A stretch of DNA of 64,000 nucleotides from NCBI GenBank assembly GCA_973895155.1, contig OZ316893.1, positions 24,727,520 to 24,791,519 on the forward strand, in the 5' to 3' direction. Positions 50,086 to 64,000 of the stretch are shown in pieces. This stretch comes from Marsupella aquatica (Eukaryota > Plantae > Marchantiophyta). How positions within the stretch are numbered: the stretch's first letter is position 1; every line of letters begins with the position of its first letter. The notes beneath the pieces are model-generated. The model saw only the letters and a list, made by a program, of their open reading frames with translations, did not search any database and had not been told where the DNA came from. A program made the translations under genes and the position numbers.

Positions 50086-52970
50086 ATTACAGTTTTAGCT
50101 TATAAATAGATGGTGTAAATATTTAGCTCTTAAATAGACTTGGATTGCGTACTACTGGCTATAGTTATAATTTAGGAAATTGGGTAGTCTTATCATTAAT
50201 GGAGCTCATATTTATTTGTAGCAGGTTTTGCACGAATTTATATTAGGCTTGTCCAGGGTTTAGAGAAAGATTCTCGTATTTGAACAATGTGAAACATGGC
50301 CATCAATGAAAGTTTCTGTTAGGCATATTGTTTGTTTCATGAAAGTCAACAATACAATCGATTGGAGCCCTGCATGTAAAAACAAAGTTCTTGGAAGGTG
50401 GACATTTCTTGACCTTATGCAATGCCAATCTCGGCTAGAAAAGTTGATCTTTCTTGATGGCCTTGGGACAAGGAATGCGTGATACACAGGAACTGTGTGT
50501 ATTGTCTTCTTTATGAAGTACAACGGCCTCCCTCTATCATTATCATATTAATTTGGGCTGTCTAGTTTAGTCCATATATGTGCCTGTGTGTTGCACGCTG
50601 CAAGGAGGGCCGGCCCATAGTGAGTTGGGCGGGACATTTATGGGGCCGAGGGACGTACATATGTGCCAGGGGTGCACATTTTTTCCATCATCAATCAAGA
50701 AAAACAGCTAATCAAATCCAACGGTTGTAGATCTTTCCCGCCCAGGATCTTTTTTGTATTTGAACCAAGGACTAAAAAAACGGGATTCCTTATTATAGTT
50801 GTAAATGCATGCCACAATGTTAGACAATCAACTGGGATGGACCATTTTCAAACATTACTGAACATCAACATTATATTTATTTGAATGGACACACTTTCTA
50901 CTTCCATCCAAATTGTGTGTTCCATGATATGGTCCGTCCATTGATGCCCATATTAGTAAAACCCGTGGGTCAATCTTGGCCATGATCAGGGGGGTTGGGT
51001 CTTGCATGTGGGCTGTAGATGTGGTCAGCCCTAACCTGACTTAATTTCAGTTATTATTGTGGTATGCCTTCGGTTAGAAGTCAGCCAATTTTGCCGCTCC
51101 CCCTCCCCCATCCGCCCCTGTGAAAAAATAATTCTGGCATACAATATTAGTTGAAATTAGAAACAATGGCAAATTAGTGAATCTCCAAAATGACTTCTCA
51201 CTTCTCACACCACTTGAGAGCATATTTGCGTGCTCGAAGTACCATGCCTTTCTTAGAATGCTTTAAATAGCTGCCACTTGTGCAAACAGATAATTCTATG
51301 TTTTGCTGACGCTTGTTATGCACTGCATTTCGGTGGATATGCATGCACTCACCATCCAGCACACCATCATAGGCCTTGTGTACCAGCTAGTACCTTGGAC
51401 CTTGGGCTCATCCCTTGCCACATTATGAGTTTTATACAAAAATTAAGGGCAGACACTATTTAATCGAAGAAAATGATGCTGTAAGTTGGTGACCATATAT
51501 GCGACCATGCCACCCCATGGACAGTGACACTTTTTACACCTTCCCTCATTAATAAACTTCTCATTATTTTCCAAAAAGTTCTCAGCAGCAAAGTTTTACC
51601 TTCAATGTTTCCCTTGATATCCAAAGGAATTGGCTTGGACCCTAGCCCTCAGCTTATTTAACATTGGAAGGGTATTTCAAATTAGTCATTACTGGTAACA
51701 AAAGAAATGTGTGAGTAAATGGAAATAAGAAGCCGTACATAGGGGAGGGAGACTCTCGTAAGTTCATGGGTAAGTTCTATCAATTAACATACAAGGGGGG
51801 TCCACGGGGCTTGGAAAGATCCTTGCAACCAGTCTGATCATATGTCTAGTAGTTTAGTGAAAACTTAAGAGAGTAATGCTTAAAAGTTTACTTCATCACA
51901 AGGTATCCACAATCTGCACTTCAAAAAAGGTTTTTTTGGGGTTAACTTTGACATGATTCAGTATCTCCCCCAATATTTACTGGAATCTGATTTTATAGCA
52001 TTTGTTTGAAAAGGCTTGGAAAGATCTTTCCAGTGAGTCGAACACGGTAAACTTTTATCTAATTGAGAGATTATGGTTTCATTTCAGTGCTACGTTTTAT
52101 TCATCCATGCAGTATGTACTATATATGAGTAGAAAAGAGAGTTTTGCTACAGTCTATCAAGGTTTCAAAAGTACATCCCAGCATTTTAGCAAACATGGAT
52201 GTCCATCCCAGCCTCAATTTCTTTTAACAACAACTTGTTGGAGTGCTTAAAAAGTCCACACTTTTGTATTTTATATTTAAAATCCACACTTTCCCTTTTA
52301 TATTATTCACAGTCACATGATTGATCACAAGGCTTCACTCAAGCACTTTGGACCAAGTACTTTGCTATACCCAAGAAGGTGAGCATTTATACAAACTAGC
52401 CCCAATGGCCCAGCTTTGCTCAGGCTAATTGTTTCCTTCTCCACCTGTTGCCTCACCCCTAAACTTGCCGCCACCCTAGAGTCACGGTGTAGAGGCTTCA
52501 CTCTATACCATAGGCTCTAGACTATAGCTATCAATAGCAAATAACTAGTTGGATGAAAGGTGCTACCCGAGTAACAATTCATGCAGGTTTATAATTGTAG
52601 TCATCCAAGTATCTTGTCAAACATGGTAGTCTATGAGAGCTTTGGCTTGTGAGATTGCTTGGACATTAAGGAGAAAGGCACCATGGCAAATGCCTGTTAC
52701 ATGGTGAGTAAAATCTCTTTGGATGACATATTTATCCACTAAATAAAGTTTGCAAGCCAAATTAAACTCACAATATAACAATAATGGATATTGCAAGTTC
52801 TTACATAAAAGTCACAGGGAATTCAGCTCTTGAAAGGATTGGTGTGTAGGAGATCTCCAAGCGGGTCTCCCATATAGCATGCTCATCCTGGAACATGCTT
52901 TACTTTTTGTCTTGTAGTGATATTAAGTGGACAAAATTAAAGAGTAAAACTAGAATACATATTAAATGTG

Positions 52971-53168
52971 AATGAAATCAAATAATATAAATAAAGTACA
53001 TACAATAAAAGCACATAGTGACCAATGAAAAGTACAATTTCATTACACAAAGTTGCTACTAGTTGTGCACAATGAAATCAAATAATATAAATAAAGCACA
53101 TGCTATAAAAGCACATTGACCAATGGAAAGTACAATTCTATTACACAAAGATCCTACGAGTTGTGCAC
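52971..53168. repeat. ~100-bp tandem duplication
   Basis: AATGAAATCAAATAATATAAATAAAG...TTGTGCAC occurs twice. Confidence 0.85.
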
Positions 53169-55994
53169 GTATTTCAGTGTGTCTTATTAATGACTCTTAT
53201 TCAATAAAAACCATAAACTTAGGAAAAAAAGCCACAAGGGGAGCTTAAGACAGGATGTGCTGACATTTCTTAGAATCATTCCTCTCACTCATGAGTATAC
53301 TTAAAAGCGGTAGAAAAGAAACCCTTAGTTTCTCTCTAGGACTTAACAATGTTTACAGATTAAGGGGGCTGCCAAAATAAATTCAAAACACTATAGAATA
53401 TCAAAAATTTAATGGGGTCCAAAAATGAATTAAAAGTCTATGTGATACAAAGGATGCCCTTGTTAAGGTACATTCAAATAAAAATTCATGATACACAAAT
53501 ATGAATAAGACAAAACATGAGAGTTTGATTCACCATATAGCAGCTTCAAAATATCCCACTAAGAGATCACCCAGGAGAGGAGGTGTTACAATACATTAAA
53601 CATTACCCAATGTTTTTTCTCAATTGAGTCCCATGCCTTGTAAAAGTTGTTCAGATTTACTATATTGCATTCTCTTTTACTCAAAATATATACTTTGCCA
53701 GTGTTCTAGTTTACTTAGTTTGTGCACTCCATAATGGACTTGGGGGGACAACTTTTCTGGAATAATTAACATCACATGCAGAATACTCAAAATTAAAATT
53801 GGTCTTGGCAAAGGTTTGCTCCAACATATCCAGTTTGCAATCACACTAGCTCATTATTTACACTAAAAGTCATTATTTACTCTTCCATTGTCTGGGCCAG
53901 CGATGATTCAGTTTGACTTTGACTAATAGTGGTGTCAGTATGTCATAGAAGAAAGGTGCACATAATCATTTGCCTCTTACATAGCCTTATAAACATGTTC
54001 CATTCAAGCCGTCCTCAATGAATTCAGTGTGGATAGTGTGGATACATCCGCCAATCATTCATGTCAATTAGCAGTGTTCCATTTCTCTTTTTCCTTACCC
54101 ACTCCCACCCCATTTGTCCCTTTTTTCTGCCCTTCCCTTTAATTTCCCGAAGCTAGGTAGCACCATAAAAAGTCTCAGCTTAAACAGACTTGAGACAACA
54201 AAGTTATCGTGAAAATCCCCAGTAGCACAGAAACAGCATCAAGAAAACAGAAAAAGAACATTTGATAAAACTTAAGATACCGTCAGTTCCATTTACACAT
54301 CGTCACTGTTAATCATCAACATCTGATTGTATCCAATTGATGACTTATTTGTATGGTTATCTGTTTACCCTCTTGCCTGTTGTAAGAAACATTTTGTAGG
54401 GTTCTCTGGTCCATCCATTTCTGGTGGTCTCAAGTCAAATACAAATGTTTGTACTTGTGTAACTATTATTGCAAACATAGACAACCCAATTTTAGACGGA
54501 AAATGCTCACATGGCCACATGTGGAACCAGGGAATTTGGAAGGCACTTCTCTTGAGGGTCCGGAATTACTAGGTTGGCACCTGTTGCCACTGCGGTTGAG
54601 GGACTAAATCAGGCTAGCTTGGAATCATCCTCCTGTGCCTTCCTCTCACCGTGTTGTCATGAAGTAGATAAGGAACAACCTGGCAGCCCAATAACTACAA
54701 TATTTTGTAATTGGAAGAACTTTAGAGGGATTGTCGCTGTTGTCATGGAGTACTCACAAGACATGGTCCACTGCTTTTCCTAATTTTACAATAATTCTGG
54801 CAACTTGTAAGGGCAATTTGATTTTTCATTTGGAAAGGCTTTGGAACAGCGTTTGTTCCAGTGTGAATTTTGGCCAAAAAACTGCCTCTTCAAAAACCTT
54901 TTGCCACTTGTGACTTTCAGCTAAATTTTTTGGGCTCCCACTACCCGGGCCCAGGGCCTACTAGCCAAAATTGGAAGGTTCCGCTTAGAACATAACGATT
55001 TAGAATTAACTCAGGAAATGTGGGTAAAGATATTCCTAGCATCTCCTCCTAGACATAAGGCAACATTTTGTGAATGAAGAAAATGTTTATATTTACATTG
55101 CTTGGACAGAACTGGCCCACCATCAACTTAAACGTTTGACAAAATGCTGGTGTACCAACACATCCCAGATGGACAGGAGGAAACCCTTTTTGGTCCAAAA
55201 AATCCATACTTGTCAAGGTTCATGAGTGTGGTCCATCCAAGAATTACTTTGGCTTTGGACACTCTCAGTGCACTATGTGGTAACTGCAAAGACACGGTAT
55301 AGTGCATTTATGGATAAGAGTGTATGGTTTACATCTCTAGTGATGAATCCTACTCTAAATTGTACATCCTTGCCCAAAATATAATCTCCTACCCCAATAA
55401 GTGCAATTTGTACTCTTCGGAAAATTGTCATGCAGTTACAATAAGCAGTAGTTGATGAAATTGTGCACTACATGTACACTTATCAAGGGTTTTTACTAAC
55501 ATAGTTGTAGTGTAGCCAGAGGTATTTTGGCCTTTTTGCACTTACAAAATTGCACAATAATTGCAAAAAAAGTGCAAACTCCACGGAGAAAAGGGAAGGT
55601 AGGGACGCCTTGCATTTAGCCAGGGTTTCAGTTATGGAGTGTGCACTTATATAGATACGGCTGTATTAGTACAGAATACGCACCGTAACACTATACGGCT
55701 GGGCTCTAGAAGAGTCTCTGTGACGAAACAGACGAAAGGAAATCTCTTCCTGCAGATTGTTGAGCGCAACATTTTCAGACGTAGTTGAATGTTCGTTTGA
55801 TCCCCGTGATCAAGCAGAATAGGATTGTTGCGGCGACTCGAATGCAATTGTGTTGAGTCAAGTGGAAACTGAGCGCAAGTCGATTGAAACAGTCTTGAAT
55901 GGGAGTGAATCAGTTGAGTCGAACGTGAATAGGACTTGAATTGATCTGATTGGATTTGGATTGGAATTTGGGTGCGGGTTGGACGACGACGGAG

Positions 55995-58900
55995 ATGGCC
56001 AGCAAGGTGGCGGTTCTGGCAGTAATTAGGGCTGCGAGACCTGTCTTCAGATCGGCCCAGGACCGCGTCGCATTCGCTGTGCACGCCTCTTTTCTAGCTG
56101 CGGGCTATTCTCTCACGGCCGTGGGATCCGCAGCGGCTTCTTCGTCTCCTTCCGCTTCAGAATCTCCGCCTTCAGGTTCGTTGCCTCAATCCCTTGCTGT
56201 TGTGTTTAATACTCGTGAGACGCAATAATTTCTCGAATTAATTGCCTTCCTGCATCATTGTGGCAAGTTGGTGAAGAAGGGTTCTCAGGATCGTCAGAGG
56301 AGAACAGTCTGTGGGGTTTTGACCTAATTCTGTCTATGCCTTGCTTTGCACCTCTTTGTCATGAATCGTGTCTATAAATCCAATGACTGATGCAAACAGT
56401 GTCAAAATGATCTGAGAAGGACAGCCTAGGGGTTTTTGACTGTCTTTAAGATGCAGCAGCCTTATGTTTTCATGAGGGAGGAAGTAAACTTGGTTGGAAT
56501 TGATAGATAGAACAGGTTAGGGTTTTCTTTTCACCTGAATTGCGCAATATCCTAACTATCTCCCTTACATGTGGCAGAAGAAAACGAGGTTGGAAATGAG
56601 GGGTGGAATGAATTGGAAGGTGTTTATGCTTTCCAGTACTCGGGAGGGAATCAGCCGGGGTTGTGTAAATCGCTGATCGTGAAGTGCACTGTTATGGGAG
56701 ACTTGCTTATGGTGGACGCGGCCCCCTTACCCGACGCAGATTCACCAGCAAATCTAGAAATCAAGTAAGTGTTCTGGAAATTCGCCTTCGACTATTCTTT
56801 CTGTACGAGAAAATGAAAGAAGAAATGAATTAGAAATTGAAAGAATTAAGGGTCAAGCGAGAACTGCAGCGTTATGGGTAGGTAGCAGACTATCAGCTTG
56901 CAAGGGTGTAGAGACACAAGGGGCATTCTGTCTAGACCCGTCTGCACGAGAGATTTTCTGAATGGTTTTCATTGTCCATAAGATTGAAACTGGCTACAGG
57001 ACTAAAAGCAAGTGTTTAAAATCCCTCCGGACGAAAAAGCTGGTGAACTGGTTAAGAAAATAACGGAATACATGTACAGGGAATTAAGTTAACTTCCATA
57101 TGAATTTGAGGCCGATTTAGTGAACGACGGTTAGTGTTTTCAGGTGGCATCAATGGCCATCTGATGAAAGGGTATTTTTAACATTGAGAAAATTTCTTGT
57201 CTTGTCAGCATGTGACTTTGAGAATGTGCTACCAGGAGATTGACCTCAAATCTCACTTCTGTTGTGGCAGGGTTACGGATTATGCCGTCGATAGCACAGC
57301 TACGAATTATGCAGAAAAGTACTCTAATTTGGAAGGACTGGTCCAGCTTGTGAATTCTTCACTTATCTCGAAGGTGTCGCCCTCGGCTCCTGCGACTACC
57401 TCTGACAACACGAGGGCACCAGCAGCGTGAGTAACTTCTTTCTGAAGCACTTGATTAGCTCTGATGGTAATGCAATTTTATAAAGATGGATGAATATTGT
57501 TGTCGTCCTTTTTTGAATGGTTTCTCCTGAGATTTATCACGAAGGCGTAACTGTCTGCGGGGAAGTCATATCACGCAAGGGCCTGGGTCTCCTGACTATT
57601 GTGGATGAGCTCTGACTTTACTTGCTCATATGGTCTGAGGATCTGAAATTTTGCCGCAACTTTTATTGCTTTCTACGCAGGTCTGGGCAGAACCCACGCG
57701 AGAGGGAGGCAAGGCAGCCAAGAATAAGTATTTTAGAGGACCCACCCCGCTCCTCGCGGTATGTTAACCAATATTTGCTTGATTGGCTGTGATCAAAATA
57801 AGCTGAACTGTTTCTATTTTCTATACTTTTACGCGTTCGTGCTTTGGCAACCATCTTCTCTCCTGCAACGGTATCACAATTGTCACAATCCAGTTAGACT
57901 GTGCACTGTACCTTCAAGTTTTTCAATCTTAAGCTGTATATCTGGCTTTTGGGATATGCAGGTTTGGGTACCCTGAAGTTCCTGTTTATGGTGGTGACGA
58001 TCTCTTGCCAGGACCCGGTGCTGGCATATTCGCTCCGAGGTTTGTTCTCGTCCCTTTTTGGTGTGGTTTAAGTTAAGCTAGATTCCCCAGTTTCTTCTCG
58101 TTGTTCTTGTTTGGTCCGTGTATAGCTTGTGGACTTTTAATGAACTAGGTCGTATCCGTTGTAGGCAATAAAGCTTTTCCCGTGGCTACTGCTCGAGATT
58201 TGTCAATGTTTGATGCATGGTTTTTGGAGGGCTACTTCTTAGATGTCATCTTGGACAAAGGGTGACGGTTAGCCTCTTGTCGTCATTTTGCAGACGAGAC
58301 ATTGGTGTTGGAGGTGGTTCGATGCTTGTTGGTGAGCATCCATTTGTTTGTGCTTTCTGTCTGATATGAATGTGTGCCAGCTATATTGACCTCGTTTGAC
58401 CATTTACGCGCAGTTACAAGTTTTGGTTTGTATGTGGGAAAGATTGACCAGGAAAAGTCTCTGATCTCCAAGTGGTAGTTTTTGTGCCTTTGTTGTGCTT
58501 TTGATGGAGTAGCACTTAGGGATACTGGTACCCTTTCAGGTCCTTTACTAATTTGGACTTGTGAATCAAACATGACGTCCTGTGATGTGGTGTTCATTTC
58601 GATAACTTGAGAGAGTTGGATTTTGGAAAAGCCGATTCACATCAGGTTTCTTGCAAGTCTGCCTCCATTGAAAGTTTGAATTTTCTCTTGGTGAACAGGT
58701 CCTGGAGATCCACGATGGGGACGTATAGGGGTCGGTCCCCAGCCTGGAACAATCCCTGGAGGTCCCAATCCACCGTATGTTACTGAAGACTCGCTCTGGT
58801 TCAATTCTTGTTCAGGGTTGCATTATCATGGAGATTTCTTGGAAAGTTTTCTCAATACTCAGGTCAAGTTGTCATGTGTCATAAATGATGTCACTTGGCA

Positions 58901-59244
58901 AAGTATTTGCTCCTATCCCTATCTCGTTGGTTTTTTTACTTCTAAACCGTGGAACGATTTTGTGAATTCGCAGTGGTGTACCTCCAGGTGCTAGGTTTGA
59001 TCCATTTGGGCCTCCCGGTGTACCAGGCTTTGAACCTAATCGCTTTACAAGGTAAGGTCCACTTAAAGCAACTTTTCTGAAGTCAAATGGACAGATCTAT
59101 AGGGCACCGATGTAGTGCATGTTATTTGGCATAGGATGGTGTTAATATGAGGTTCTCATAAACTTCATTGCTTTCGGTATGTACAGGGACCCGCGCCGGC
59201 CTCCTGGGGGACATCCTGATCTTGAGCACTTCTCTCCTTTTTAA
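55995..59244 (+). CDS. PI31: proteasome inhibitor PI31 (PSMF1/PTRE1-like), multi-exon
   Basis: MASKVAVLAVIRAARPVFRSAQDRVAFAVHASFLAAGYSL, EVGNEGWNELEGVYAFQY, GGDDLLPGPGAG, GVPPGARFDPFGPPGVPGFEP, HPDLEHFSPF*. Confidence 0.92.
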
Positions 59245-59912
59245 GGGCTTGTGGTTGATTGTGGATCCTGAAATCTTGGAATTTTATGACATCACATTTT
59301 TCACCAGGGCAAGGTGCGCGGCTAAAGCACATCACGGCACAATCCACAGAGAGAAGTGAAGCTCAAGAATGGTTTAGGACTTACTTACTTAGGCAACAGT
59401 CTTGTGTACATTTTGAGTACAGCTTGTTGAGATTCAAGCGGTGACAGTCCTTGGTAGATATATGTAAATTACAGGAAGTACTTTTAGAAATAAATCTTAG
59501 TATAGAGTAATACCTCGTGTATTTGTTTAGCGGTTTCGTGTCAAGTCAACCTGGGATAATGTGGCCTAAATGAGTGGAGGTTGAGACTATTGGTGTTTCA
59601 GTTCATGTAGCCTTCACAATTTTACAATACAAATTGCCAAAGATGCCCCTTGGATATTTCGGTCAGTTGCATGATGAAGGGAAATTCCATGCATGATCTG
59701 GAGTCGAACACCTGTGATCCGGTTCTCCTGGGCCTCTGGAACATGGACCTGCTCTGCCAGGTGGCAAACTATTACCTGTGGACATCTCGGGTTCCCTCTA
59801 TTTTCCGTAAACGTTGCTCTTCATTCGCTTTGAACTCTAAATTTTAGTTCCAGAATGCTATCCCACTGAAAAGTGTACCCTGGTTTGTTATCCTGGTTTG
59901 CTATTTATGATA

Positions 59913-60060
59913 CTTCTGTTTATACTTTTTCTTTTGGCCATTTCTATAACATGAGGTACTGTCAAGAAAAGTTGGAACTAGACAAGACTTTTGTTTATAC
60001 TTTTTCTTTTGGCCATTTCTATAACATGAGTACTGTCAAGAAAAGTTGGAAGTAGACAAG
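59913..60060. repeat. ~74-bp tandem duplication
   Basis: TGTTTATACTTTTTCTTTTGGCCATTTCTATAACATGAG..AAAGTTGGAA occurs twice. Confidence 0.9.
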
Positions 60061-62450
60061 TTGATGGAAAGTTGGACATGGTAGACCAGAGTGGATCAAT
60101 GATGACAAATGTATAGAACTAGTCCAGAGTACTGGTCCTGAGTACCCCTTGGTTGAGAGTGAATAGGGGAGAGGACAATAAAAGTCTCACTAAAGTATAT
60201 TCCCTATTCACATGATTAATGAAATTACTAAAATTTTATCTTGCCTGTCATCATTTTAATAATCATATATAAGGTATTATCTTGTTTCTATGCACATCCC
60301 TGTTTCTTGACAAAAAGCATGTATGATTATCATTTGACATATATCATACTCATGAATTTTCTCATTGACATGATGAACCATAGAGTTATGGTCTTGAGAC
60401 TTCACTCTAGAAACCTAGGCCCAACTCTAGCTTATAGTCTGAGCTTTATAAGTAAGATGACCAAACTCTGGAGATGTGATCTCCAATAAGTATCCACCTG
60501 CCCTGAAATTATAAACAAGCCCACCCATTTTTCTTTTGCAAGGTATACGAACCCCCTGTCTCCCCACATTCCCAGAAGTCAATGAACAATTATACACTCT
60601 TAAAATCAAGGTTACTGGAAGGTATACCTTACAATCTCATACCCAGAAAACCATGATTGTTAACTATTTTCCAGACCATACATATGTACTAAATGACAAT
60701 ATGGACAGGGATTCCAGACTGAACTCTGCTCCCAGAATGCTAAGAAAAGCTTCCCAACTATCACCATAAACTTTATCCACTTTACCATTGGTCAGCTTTT
60801 CTTCACCATTTGGTCACAGCTGTTCGAGCCTAGTAACCCTAGTAACCTTGTGCTCAAACTGTCCTCATTAGGGCCTTTTATTCACTTTACCATCGGTCAG
60901 GTTTTTTTCACTTTCTGGTCATGGTTGTTCCAGCCTAGTAACCCTAATAACCATGTGCCCAAACCGTCCTCAGTAGGGGTCCCAAAGCTGACAATTTGAT
61001 GGACCTTAAATCCCTAGTTACGGGCTAGGGACACCAAAAGTTATGGACCATCAAATTCATAGTCAATAACTTTTTGCCATAAGGATTGGTGGTATGCCAC
61101 TTACCATTAGTCACTCTATAGAGGCCGGTGAAAGAAAAACCAAAAAAACTTTTACATAACCTGACATAACCTGATGAAAAAGATATGACCATTCTTTAGT
61201 AAGTAATTAGTTGGGATTACATATTTCATTTGAATATTATTGGATAAATCTATGTTGTTTATCCGGATATTCAATCCACACACACTCCCTTTCCAAAGTA
61301 AACTAATAAACCTACAACTACACCCAAATTAATAAATTTGGTACAAAAGATTTGTAGTTAGTCCAAAACTATTAGCTAAAGTCCCAAATTTTGGAGGTAG
61401 GGCTGAATGCCATCACTTTGAGACTCCCTATTAGGGCATGTCATAGCACTCTTAAGCTAGGTCTCATGGCAGCACTTTTTTAAGGATTTCTTTTTTTAGC
61501 CAAGAGTGGCAAATGTAAAGTGTGTGAGGGAGAAGATGCTCCAAAGATTCCCTATTTAATTATTTTCCTGACCATCAAATTTCCCTAGATTTAAGGTTGA
61601 CCATTAGATTCTGGCTAATGGGGTCTGGGATTAGGTGAAACACTGGCTAATGAGCCAGCAAAATAGTAGCGAATTTTCGCCAAAAGTGACTAAGGAGTTT
61701 TGGGAAGGTGGAATCTAGCCAATTTTTGCCACTAAAAAAAACAGTCTCATGGCCCTATTAGGGCATGTCATAGCACTCTTAAGCTCTAAGTCTCATGGCT
61801 GAAAGTTTTGGGACTTTAGCACATACCATAAGAAAACTGAGACATTGCAAACGGGACCGAAGCTCTGGAGGAGTAAGTCAGAAAGGACGTTCGATAGTTA
61901 GAATGATCAACAATCCGGAAATTGAATTTGACTCACCACCTGTAGTCTCTGACCCGACTCAGCGCAATGCCAATGTCTCAGCTCAATTCTCCATCTTCTA
62001 AGGTAGCTGCCAGACCGACTGAGAGAACAACGAGAGCGGACACGAGCAAAATCGAAACAATTCTACGGAGAGCAATATTCATTGTGTTGCATGAATATTT
62101 GAATCGTGCAAGACACGAATCATTTGTACAGAAAAATTAAATGTTTCTGTGGACAATGAATCACAATAACATGTGTATCCAGTTAAATATTCTAAGGATA
62201 AAAAATAAGTGTGGGAGTGATACTCTGTTGCGAAGCATTTCCCCCTGCTTGACATTTGAGAGGCCGTCTAGAACTTCTTTTTTTGACCGATCACCTTGAC
62301 TGTAAACTCATCACAAGAGAAAAGAGACATTCTGACAGATATTACAAGTTGTTATATAGTTACAAATACTTGTGACAGAAAGGGCCCTGCTCCAGCCGGC
62401 GAAAGGGAACACGAATGGTCATGAAAATGGCTCGAACAAGGAATCCTAAA

Positions 62451-63760
62451 TCAAACTACGAGTAATTCCGGTTTCAATGAAGTGTCGTCAAGTAGAACTC
62501 CCCATTGGAGCTGGGCCTGACCTTCAAGCTCATCTGTGTCTCGGACAATGACTCGGTTTGGAAGAATGATTGCTGCTATGGGCAAATCATCCATGCCTCC
62601 ACTTTCGTCGATTATGAGCCTCAGACCGTCCACATGCAGAGCACCGTGGTGACCACTTACTAGCAATACCCTCTTTTCAGCCAATTCCTGCGGACATCAT
62701 TCACGCAAAGGAATTAGCAAGCTAATATGCCATGCAAGGAACTCCAGCCCAAGAAGTCAATCAACACCAAGACCTAGCAACTGACGTATTTCATGCCTAC
62801 GTCATCAGATATCATTCGGTATTTAATCCCAGAAGTTTAGCCCCACAAATTCCAGCTTTAGTTCCAGTTGACTACTCATTTGGCATTTCAAATATCAGAG
62901 ACAGCATTGGGGTCAATTTGAGAAATACCGGGCAAAGTCATGAACCAAAATGCACATATCGTTAGATATTGTGATGAAATTTCAAGTAATCTTACTTGAA
63001 ATGTGGGACAGGACAGTGGAGTGATTGAGAACAAGGCGCAAAGTAATGAGCTGATGTTGGGAGTCATGGACACTAAAATGCACCAAACCTTGGATAATGT
63101 AGTGGATCTTGCAGAGAAATAACTCCAATTAACCTTAGCAACGACGAGAAGGCCAAATAGAATATTCTACTGGCTTACGATCACATTTCTGCTGAGTTCA
63201 CACACGTCCAGAATTTCTAATTTCGGGTTTGTGACTTCTTTGAAACTGAATTCATTCGAACGAAGGTATTCTACTGATATAGCTAAGCTGTACTCATCCA
63301 AAAATATCTGCCAACCCGTGTGACACAGCTTAAGGGATAGAAGCATAATCCTAAATTAAGCCATTGAATTACAAAGACCGAGTTTGAACTCAGGGTGAAG
63401 CAGGATCTGTCATCTCACAAGATGACAATGAATACCTGCATTGACGTTAAAGGGCACATAATGGGAGACGCGGAATTGAACTACAGTAGCTCTACGGTAA
63501 AAGGGGGTTGATGTCCACAATTCAGGTGACTGTCCTTGTACGCCAGGGAACTACACATCGAAACATGAGTTCGTGGAGCTAACCTTAGGAATGTCCCACA
63601 CATTCTTTCTGCCATACAGTGTCTCCAATCGAGGTATTGTTGCATCTTTCCGTTTTAGATCCGCAATCTGGTCCTCTATAGGCTTTCCCTTCTCTATCCC
63701 AGCATGTACTGCTATCAATTTGCTGTAACTTGTTTCAAAAGTGCCAGTCTCTTCTCCATC
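62451..63760 (-). CDS. RLPH2: Rhizobiales-like metallophosphoesterase (RLPH2-type), last two exons (63760-63584, 62687-62451); 5' part probably beyond window
   Basis: [63 protein letters not shown]. Confidence 0.85.
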
Positions 63761-64000
63761 CTGCAGCATTAGAGTACAATGTGATTACCAGACCAATGAC
63801 ATATAGTTTTAGCTCTCCAATCATGCTAGGTGTCATGCTAATGAGGCCAGTACTTACCATCTCTCAGAACTTCGAAAATTGTAACAAGAATTAAATGTGC
63901 GGCATCTCTTAAGATTTTAAAATTGTGACAAAGACTAATGAATGCGCTATCTCTCAAGATGCTAGAAATTGTAACAGTTATTACAAAATGAGAAGGTTTT

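Noticed and set aside
50200-55600. Possible decayed transposase region
   Set aside because: Looks TE-derived, but I could not recognise any motif or termini.

Overview
Eukaryotic, intron-rich land-plant DNA. The host is probably a bryophyte or another non-flowering lineage, inferred from the PAS-EDR1-kinase gene. The first ~22 kb is a nest of transposons. It starts with the 3' part of a Ty3/gypsy retrotransposon whose pol frame carries a complete DNMT3-like cytosine methyltransferase just before RT and whose integrase ends in a PHD finger. That element appears inserted in a CACTA element. It is followed by a 3-kb TG..CA solo-LTR-like element containing an ORF, an L1/Tx1-type LINE, and a copia remnant with a nested solo LTR. 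Two copies of an 8-bp-TSD MITE are present, both inside LTR-type sequences. The rest holds spliced host genes: a ZWINT1/Sos7-like kinetochore protein (-), tRNA-Lys(CUU) (+), beta-carbonic anhydrase (-), an ARK/ANR/CTR1L-type Raf kinase (-), PI31 proteasome inhibitor (+) and the 3' end of an RLPH2-like phosphatase (-). There are also tandem repeats and a ~500-bp hairpin with Pol III A/B boxes on both arms. The main candidate system is the methyltransferase + PHD ('writer + reader') gypsy element. All family assignments come from motif recognition and recalled homology; no searches were run.
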